Assembly (NCBI GenBank): GCA_944381325.1
Contig: CALWKS010000003.1
Location: 198,296-262,295, forward strand
Reading direction: 5' to 3'
Origin: an uncultured Christensenellaceae bacterium
GTDB lineage: Bacteria > Bacillota > Clostridia > Christensenellales > UBA3700
Length of the DNA: 64,000 bases
Positions 58,824 to 64,000 of the stretch are shown one piece after another. Each line of letters begins with the position of its first letter. Position 1 is the first letter of the stretch. Under the pieces are notes generated by a model. The model worked only from the letters and a program-made list of their open reading frames with translations. It was not told where the DNA came from and ran no database searches. A program made the position numbers and the translations under genes.

Positions 58824-61556
58824 TCATATATCGAATTCAACGCTTACGCTCTCCCCGGCTTTTACCGATACGGCTTTCACCTGAGAAGACAGTCCGCAGG
58901 ATATCCTGAGATTCTGATCTATATCGCTTATTATCGTTACGCTGACTTTGCCTTCTGACAAAGACCAGATGAGGTTTTCTATCTCAGCGCGCGTACGAAG
59001 TCTTATGCCTTTGATATATCCTTCGTCAAAACCGCTCGTAGGCAGTGCAGGCAGGACCTCGACTTCTCCCGTATCCGAGAAAACAAGCGCTTCGTTGACC
59101 ATTCCGAGATAACCTATCGCAAAGTCAGTGCAGTATGCGCTGCTCTTGTTGGTATGGTGATTGGTCATGAGAGAGGTATAATATATCGTTCTCAGACCGT
59201 TGCCATTCATAAGCCCGACCATAGCCTCTGTAACGCTGTCTCTGTCCTTGAGCCTTGCCGCAATCAGCGCACGGTGAATAAGAGCGTGACTGGCTTCGTT
59301 TTCACTTGCTCTGTTCTTTATCGCCTGTATCGCCGCCTCTCTCAGCGCTTCGTTGTCCTGTGTTTCGAAAAGCGGCCATACCATATACATATGACTGAGA
59401 TGTCTGTGCAGATTGTTTTCTTCAAACTGGTTCGCCGCCCATTCTTTCACTGCTCCCGTTTTGTCGTACAGATAAGGCGGTGTTTTCTCCATAAGACCTT
59501 CCCATTTGCTCACGTCAGCCGTCGGATCTACCGAGCGCCATATTTCTATCAGCATTTCAAGGTTGCTCCTGCACGCGGCGATATCTATCGCAGAATTCGC
59601 GCATGCGGGCGAAGAATAATTGGAAGGATTGTTTTCAGGAGAATAAGAAGGGATTATGCAGTAAGTCTCGCCGTCTGAAAGCGCAGCCTTTCCCTCTTCG
59701 TAATGAATGTTTCCGTCCGCATCGGTATAATATTCAGGCACCATCAGCTGAGCCCAGTAATTGGCTGATTTCAGAAGCAGCGGAAGAAGTATTTCGCTTC
59801 TCAGATCAAGATAACCTTTTGCCTTTATCTCTTCGACCTCTGCATCTGTAAGCGGCACGTTGGTCATTGACAGCACAGCGCGCAGATCTTCTAAGTCAAA
59901 CTCATCGCAAAGAGGTATTTTTATATCTCCGTAGCATTGCAGGGTCTCGTATAGCGGCTGAAGCATCCAGCTGGCACCTGCATTCCAGTATCTGAAAGGA
60001 TACGGATAACAGCTTTCAGTCAGGAGAGCCATATCCCCGTCGCTGTTTACGGGAGCCTGTATCGCATCCTCGTAGCCGTGCGAAGCGTATGCGTTGTCCA
60101 TCCAGTCGTCGACCTGTCTCAGAATAAAATTGACGTAACCGATCGGCGCGTCCGCGATGTTGCCTGTATTCATTGACGACGTCTGCAGATTGACATTGGC
60201 ATCCATAGTGTACTTGCTGCCCCAGTCTCGCACCCATTCGCCCGTCCACATTCCGAACAGTCTGCTCGTACTCGTGCCCGCGCAACAGAGATAAGCGTAT
60301 CTTCCGGAATAATATGCCCTTTCTGCAAGCGTATTGTTTATCGTCTTATTGTTGAATTTATACTCTGTCAGTTTTTCATTGGGAATACTTATGTCTGCGC
60401 CCAGAGAAAACTCTACGGCATTGTACTGCGGAGTAAAGATATCGGTATGACTCTTAAGCGCGTCGCTGTAAAAGAAGGTGTCGTCTTTTGTATACTTGTC
60501 CGCAACAGCCTTGACCTTTTCACGCAAAGCGGTTTCAAGCGCATATTCTTCCTGACTTGCAAAAGCGTCGTATTCACCCATATCGTAAGTGCGGTCCGAT
60601 GCAGTTATTATATAAATTTTTTGCGCACCCGTGATTTTTATCGCAGTTATTTCATCTCCTACATACTGCTCTTCTTCTTTGCCTTCCACAGAAGTTATTT
60701 CTCTTGTACCGCCCTCACAGAAGATATAGCTCACGGTGGCGTAACCACCGTTCATAAGCTCGCTTCCTTCGTATGAAGGATAATGCGCCACAAAGCCGAG
60801 ATATTCTGCATTCTCGTCGACCGTCCTCTTATAGCGGATATCCTTTTCACTGGGATACACGTCTCCTTGTTTGCCGAAATTCGCCATTGTCGAAAGACTG
60901 TCGTAGGAGAAAGTCACATTCAGCGGCACTCCTTTCGACGAAGAAGTAAGCTGAGTTATCGTTACGTCGTCAGCTTTTGACGTAAATGTAAGCCTGTCCC
61001 ACTGCCCGTCCGCGTCGGTGTATCTCGTGCCCACCTGTGCCGTATCGTAATCAGTATATCTCATATAAGAAATCGGCTCTGTTTCCGCCAGTGCTTTCTC
61101 CTGCTGCGTCATGCGCAGAATTGCCCCTGCGTGGAAAGAATAAACGTCCATATAGCTTTGATCGTCGACAAAGTTTTTACCGTTTACTATCGCCTGTCTT
61201 ACGCTTTCGAGTTCGTCTTTCGTTATAGGATTGACTCTGGGATTTTTATTGGGGAGAATAAAATGTATATTCTGAAAAATTATCGTGTCGTCATAAGGAG
61301 AGCCTGAAATTATTGCTCCCTGAAGCCCGTTGCCGGTAACCATACCGTTACGCCACAGCTGATTTGAATTGGTCTTTGTAGCCGAAAGCTGAGAATAGGT
61401 ATTAGAAAAGGATGACTTTACGTCGTTTTCAAACTGTGCGCCGCTGTAATCCTCTGTACGCGTAGCGTCTTTATCTTTGCAGGCAGTTGCAAATACCGCC
61501 GCAGAAAACGTAACAGCAATAATTGCGATAACGATAAATATCTTTCTTAAATTCAT
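58824..61556 (-). CDS. GH95-like glycoside hydrolase lipoprotein
   Basis: Lipobox FATAC. N-terminal LWRNGMVTGNGLQGAIISG resembles the GH95 N-domain. Large (alpha/alpha)6-like C-terminal region. Family call is by eye. Confidence 0.55.
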   Translation of the reverse strand: MNLRKIFIVIAIIAVTFSAAVFATACKDKDATRTEDYSGAQFENDVKSSFSNTYSQLSATKTNSNQLWRNGMVTGNGLQGAIISGSPYDDTIIFQNIHFILPNKNPRVNPITKDELESVRQAIVNGKNFVDDQSYMDVYSFHAGAILRMTQQEKALAETEPISYMRYTDYDTAQVGTRYTDADGQWDRLTFTSKADDVTITQLTSSSKGVPLNVTFSYDSLSTMANFGKQGDVYPSEKDIRYKRTVDENAEYLGFVAHYPSYEGSELMNGGYATVSYIFCEGGTREITSVEGKEEEQYVGDEITAIKITGAQKIYIITASDRTYDMGEYDAFASQEEYALETALREKVKAVADKYTKDDTFFYSDALKSHTDIFTPQYNAVEFSLGADISIPNEKLTEYKFNNKTINNTLAERAYYSGRYAYLCCAGTSTSRLFGMWTGEWVRDWGSKYTMDANVNLQTSSMNTGNIADAPIGYVNFILRQVDDWMDNAYASHGYEDAIQAPVNSDGDMALLTESCYPYPFRYWNAGASWMLQPLYETLQCYGDIKIPLCDEFDLEDLRAVLSMTNVPLTDAEVEEIKAKGYLDLRSEILLPLLLKSANYWAQLMVPEYYTDADGNIHYEEGKAALSDGETYCIIPSYSPENNPSNYSSPACANSAIDIAACRSNLEMLIEIWRSVDPTADVSKWEGLMEKTPPYLYDKTGAVKEWAANQFEENNLHRHLSHMYMVWPLFETQDNEALREAAIQAIKNRASENEASHALIHRALIAARLKDRDSVTEAMVGLMNGNGLRTIYYTSLMTNHHTNKSSAYCTDFAIGYLGMVNEALVFSDTGEVEVLPALPTSGFDEGYIKGIRLRTRAEIENLIWSLSEGKVSVTIISDIDQNLRISCGLSSQVKAVSVKAGESVSVEFDI

Positions 61557-61719
61557 AAATCTTCCCTCTGATATTTATTTTAACAAAGCTCGTATACAGT
61601 GTCAACGCCGCAATAATACATAAAAGATATCATATAATCCATAATCTCAAAAAATGCTGCCGCTGATGCGACAGCAAAAGTATATCAAGTTGAAAAAATC
61701 TCGGAATTTGCTCATACAA

Positions 61720-62682
61720 TTATTTTTCTTTATTTTTGTCAGCCTTTATCTTCTTATGCAAAGCAGCGCTTGCGAAAGATACGGCAATGGCAAATAAGCA
61801 AGGCACAAACAATGCCGCACAGGTATAACCAAAATTCGCAGGGTAATCGATCAGACCCGTCAAAAGGATCATGCAGACTGAAGCCGCATACAGAACAGAG
61901 CCCGTAAAAGCGTTTACAAACGCCCATTCTTCTTTGCCTGAGTAAGAATACGGTATTCTTACGCCGACAAATCCGTTCATCGGAATAAATATACAAAGCG
62001 CGCCGCAAACTGCGTAAACAGCGCTTATGATAACGCTGAACAATTCGTTGAACCTAGAATGCTCCCCTGCTTCATACCCTGCCGCAAGCGATAAGTCGTA
62101 ACATCTTCTGACAATGTCTATTTCTATTGCCGTCATCGCAACAGCCATACACATAAAAACGCCGAATGCAAGCCATACTGTCCACTGCTTTACTTCAGGG
62201 TTGTTGATCTTCACAAGTCCTACATAAAGAGCTATTGCGGCAGTAATTATTATAAAAGAAAACGAAACGCCTGACGATATCAATTCTCTCGAACTGCCCC
62301 ATCTAGTTACCTCCCAATGGGCATCGAAATGACAAGGCACGGTTGAAGGAAGAAATATCCTTGCGATAACGGATACAATTAGCGGAAAAAGCGCGAGAAC
62401 AATAAGTATCGTAAAAGAAATTTTTCCTGCCCGTGTGCGTTTTTCGCGGCATACATCTGTTATCTTCTTTGCATCTCCGCCGCCTATAAAATACTCTATG
62501 CTCTCTCCGAAAAGGTCTGACAGCTGCTTTAAATAAAATACGTCGGGTACGCTTCTGCCGCACTCCCACTTGCTCACGTTTTTATCACTAACGTTGAGCT
62601 TGTCTGCGAGTTCTTTCTGCGTCCAGCCCTTTTCTTTACGCTTTTCTGCGATCCTGCGCCCTATCTCTTCAGATATGTCCAT
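61720..62682 (-). CDS. membrane-bound XRE-family HTH regulator with polytopic SdpI/DUF1648-like C-terminal domain
   Basis: HTH_3 (WTQKELADKLNVSDKNVSKWECGRSVP) followed by about 6 TM helices. Confidence 0.75.
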   Translation of the reverse strand: MDISEEIGRRIAEKRKEKGWTQKELADKLNVSDKNVSKWECGRSVPDVFYLKQLSDLFGESIEYFIGGGDAKKITDVCREKRTRAGKISFTILIVLALFPLIVSVIARIFLPSTVPCHFDAHWEVTRWGSSRELISSGVSFSFIIITAAIALYVGLVKINNPEVKQWTVWLAFGVFMCMAVAMTAIEIDIVRRCYDLSLAAGYEAGEHSRFNELFSVIISAVYAVCGALCIFIPMNGFVGVRIPYSYSGKEEWAFVNAFTGSVLYAASVCMILLTGLIDYPANFGYTCAALFVPCLFAIAVSFASAALHKKIKADKNKEK

Positions 62683-62712
62683 ATTTACCTCCGGGTTTTA
62701 CACCTCATAAAA

Positions 62713-62741
62713 ATTGTATAATCGATAACGGATATTGTCAA
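62713..62741 (-). promoter_or_regulatory. sigma-A type promoter candidate (TTGACA-17-TACAAT)
   Basis: On the minus strand, TTGACA (62741..62736), 17 nt, then TACAAT (62718..62713), about 30 nt upstream of ATG 62682. Confidence 0.65.
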
Positions 62742-62852
62742 TATCAAACGCTGAAACAGTATCTCTACAATCAGTAGAGTCACTTGTAATACAGCTTATG
62801 TCAACTGAAAATAAAGTTTTTAAACAGTTTGAAACAAAAATTGAAAGACGGC

Positions 62853-62884
62853 AAAAAAAGATCCGCTCCAGAGGAACGGATCTT
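62853..62884 (-). terminator. rho-independent terminator after ddh
   Basis: AAGATCCG / CGGATCTT stem. The A-run on plus gives a U-tail on minus. Confidence 0.75.
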
Positions 62885-62906
62885 ATCATAAAACGTGTAG
62901 TCTATA

Positions 62907-63890
62907 TTACAGCATGCTCTTTCTGAGTTCCGCTCCGCTCTTTGCGCTGAGGTATGCGGGAGGAATATCCAGCACGGTAACGCAACCCTTTCTGCCCTCT
63001 TTGTGCAGACGTGCTACTGCGCGCGCATAAGAAACGAGGACCGAAGAGGTGAACGCGGGATTTGAATCCAGCTTAAGCGAATATTCGATCACGTTGTCAA
63101 ATTCGTTTTCAGCACCGGTCTTTCCGCTTCTTATTACAAATCCGCCGTGAGGTATACCCTTATGCTTTGCGTCGAGTTCTTCCTGAGAAATAAAGTTGAC
63201 AGTCGTGTCATAATCGGCAAAGTAGTTGGGCATCTCCTTGATCTCTTTTTCAATGCGGGCTTTGTCAGCACCTTCTGCCGCAACGACGTAACATTCTCTG
63301 GTATGCTTCTGTCTGGTCGTGAGCACGGGATTGCTTCCGCTTCTTACTGCGTCGAGCGCCGCCTGAACGGGTACGGTGTACTGTCTTGCGTCAAGCACTC
63401 CTTCAACTCTTCTTATAGCGTCTGAATGTCCCTGGCTTACGCCCTTGCCCCAGAAAGTATAAGTCTCACCGCCCGGAAGCACACTGTCTGCATAAACGCG
63501 TGCGATAGAGAACATACCCGGATCCCAACCGCAGCTTATAAGAGCGACTTTTCCGTTTTCCTCAGCCTTCTTATTTACCTCGTCGAAATGTTGAGGAATA
63601 TTCGCGTGAGTATCGAAGCTGTCAACAACGTTGAACATAGTTGCGAACTCGGGTGTCTGCCTGGGAAGATCAGTAGCAGATCCGCCGCAAAGAATAAGCA
63701 CGTCTATATCGTCCTTATACTCAGAAGCGTTTTCAACTCTGTCGACCTTTACGCCTTTTGTTATAGGTTTTATAGTCTCCGGATCGCGTCTTGTGAAAAT
63801 AACTTTGAGTTCGATATCGGGGTTGTGCATTACCGCAGCTTCAACACCCCTGCCGAGATTTCCGTATCCTGAAATGCCTAATCTTATCAT
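62907..63890 (-). CDS. ddh: meso-diaminopimelate D-dehydrogenase
   Basis: Trimmed to MIRLGISGYGNLGRG (SD GGAGAG). CGWDPGMFS, FWGKGVSQGHSDA, GIPHGG blocks match DapDH. Confidence 0.85.
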   Translation of the reverse strand: MIRLGISGYGNLGRGVEAAVMHNPDIELKVIFTRRDPETIKPITKGVKVDRVENASEYKDDIDVLILCGGSATDLPRQTPEFATMFNVVDSFDTHANIPQHFDEVNKKAEENGKVALISCGWDPGMFSIARVYADSVLPGGETYTFWGKGVSQGHSDAIRRVEGVLDARQYTVPVQAALDAVRSGSNPVLTTRQKHTRECYVVAAEGADKARIEKEIKEMPNYFADYDTTVNFISQEELDAKHKGIPHGGFVIRSGKTGAENEFDNVIEYSLKLDSNPAFTSSVLVSYARAVARLHKEGRKGCVTVLDIPPAYLSAKSGAELRKSML

Positions 63891-64000
63891 AGATAATCTC
63901 TCCTTAAAAAAACTGACTATATTATATAATAACGTCAACGAATTTGTCCAAAATTTGAAATAAAAAACAGCTTAAAATGCAAAAAAAATCTGAAATTTAC

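Overview
This 64-kb window reads like core chromosome of a mid-GC Firmicute. A Clostridia-type, plant-polysaccharide-degrading anaerobe is my inference from gene content only. I call about 49 protein genes, most of them on the minus strand.

Recognisable blocks:
- a heterodimeric ABC exporter pair (775-4640)
- the conserved ecfA1-ecfA2-ecfT-truA-rplM-rpsI cluster (5175-9606)
- pyruvate:ferredoxin oxidoreductase (10040-13564)
- a tightly coupled five-gene operon of unclear function (14132-18701)
- an XRE/cupin regulator plus potABCD with an atypical PotA (19134-24384)
- a Fn3/GLUG surface lipoprotein
- a PlsC-type acyltransferase
- scattered carbohydrate-active genes (GH3, GH30-like, DUF5054/GH38-like, GH28, GH95-like, mutarotase, ROK and PfkB kinases)
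- housekeeping genes: rho, prs, a sirtuin, ybaK, an M29 aminopeptidase, guaA and meso-DAP dehydrogenase

I found no rRNA, tRNA, CRISPR array, transposase, integrase or phage genes, and no canonical defence system.

The most unusual things I can support:
1. The MFS / extracellular ComEC-type MBL / P-loop-less kinase fold / ProB-like kinase / deoxyinosine glycosylase operon.
2. Two tandem 135-nt structured repeats right after the PFOR terminator.
3. A 160-nt long palindromic element with a degenerate half-copy, lying between two convergent terminators.
4. A GuaA whose glutaminase domain is vestigial.
5. A 1364-aa acidic, membrane-anchored orphan protein.
6. A small XRE cassette bracketed by the same 12-mer.

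All functional calls come from motif recognition by eye. No database search was run.
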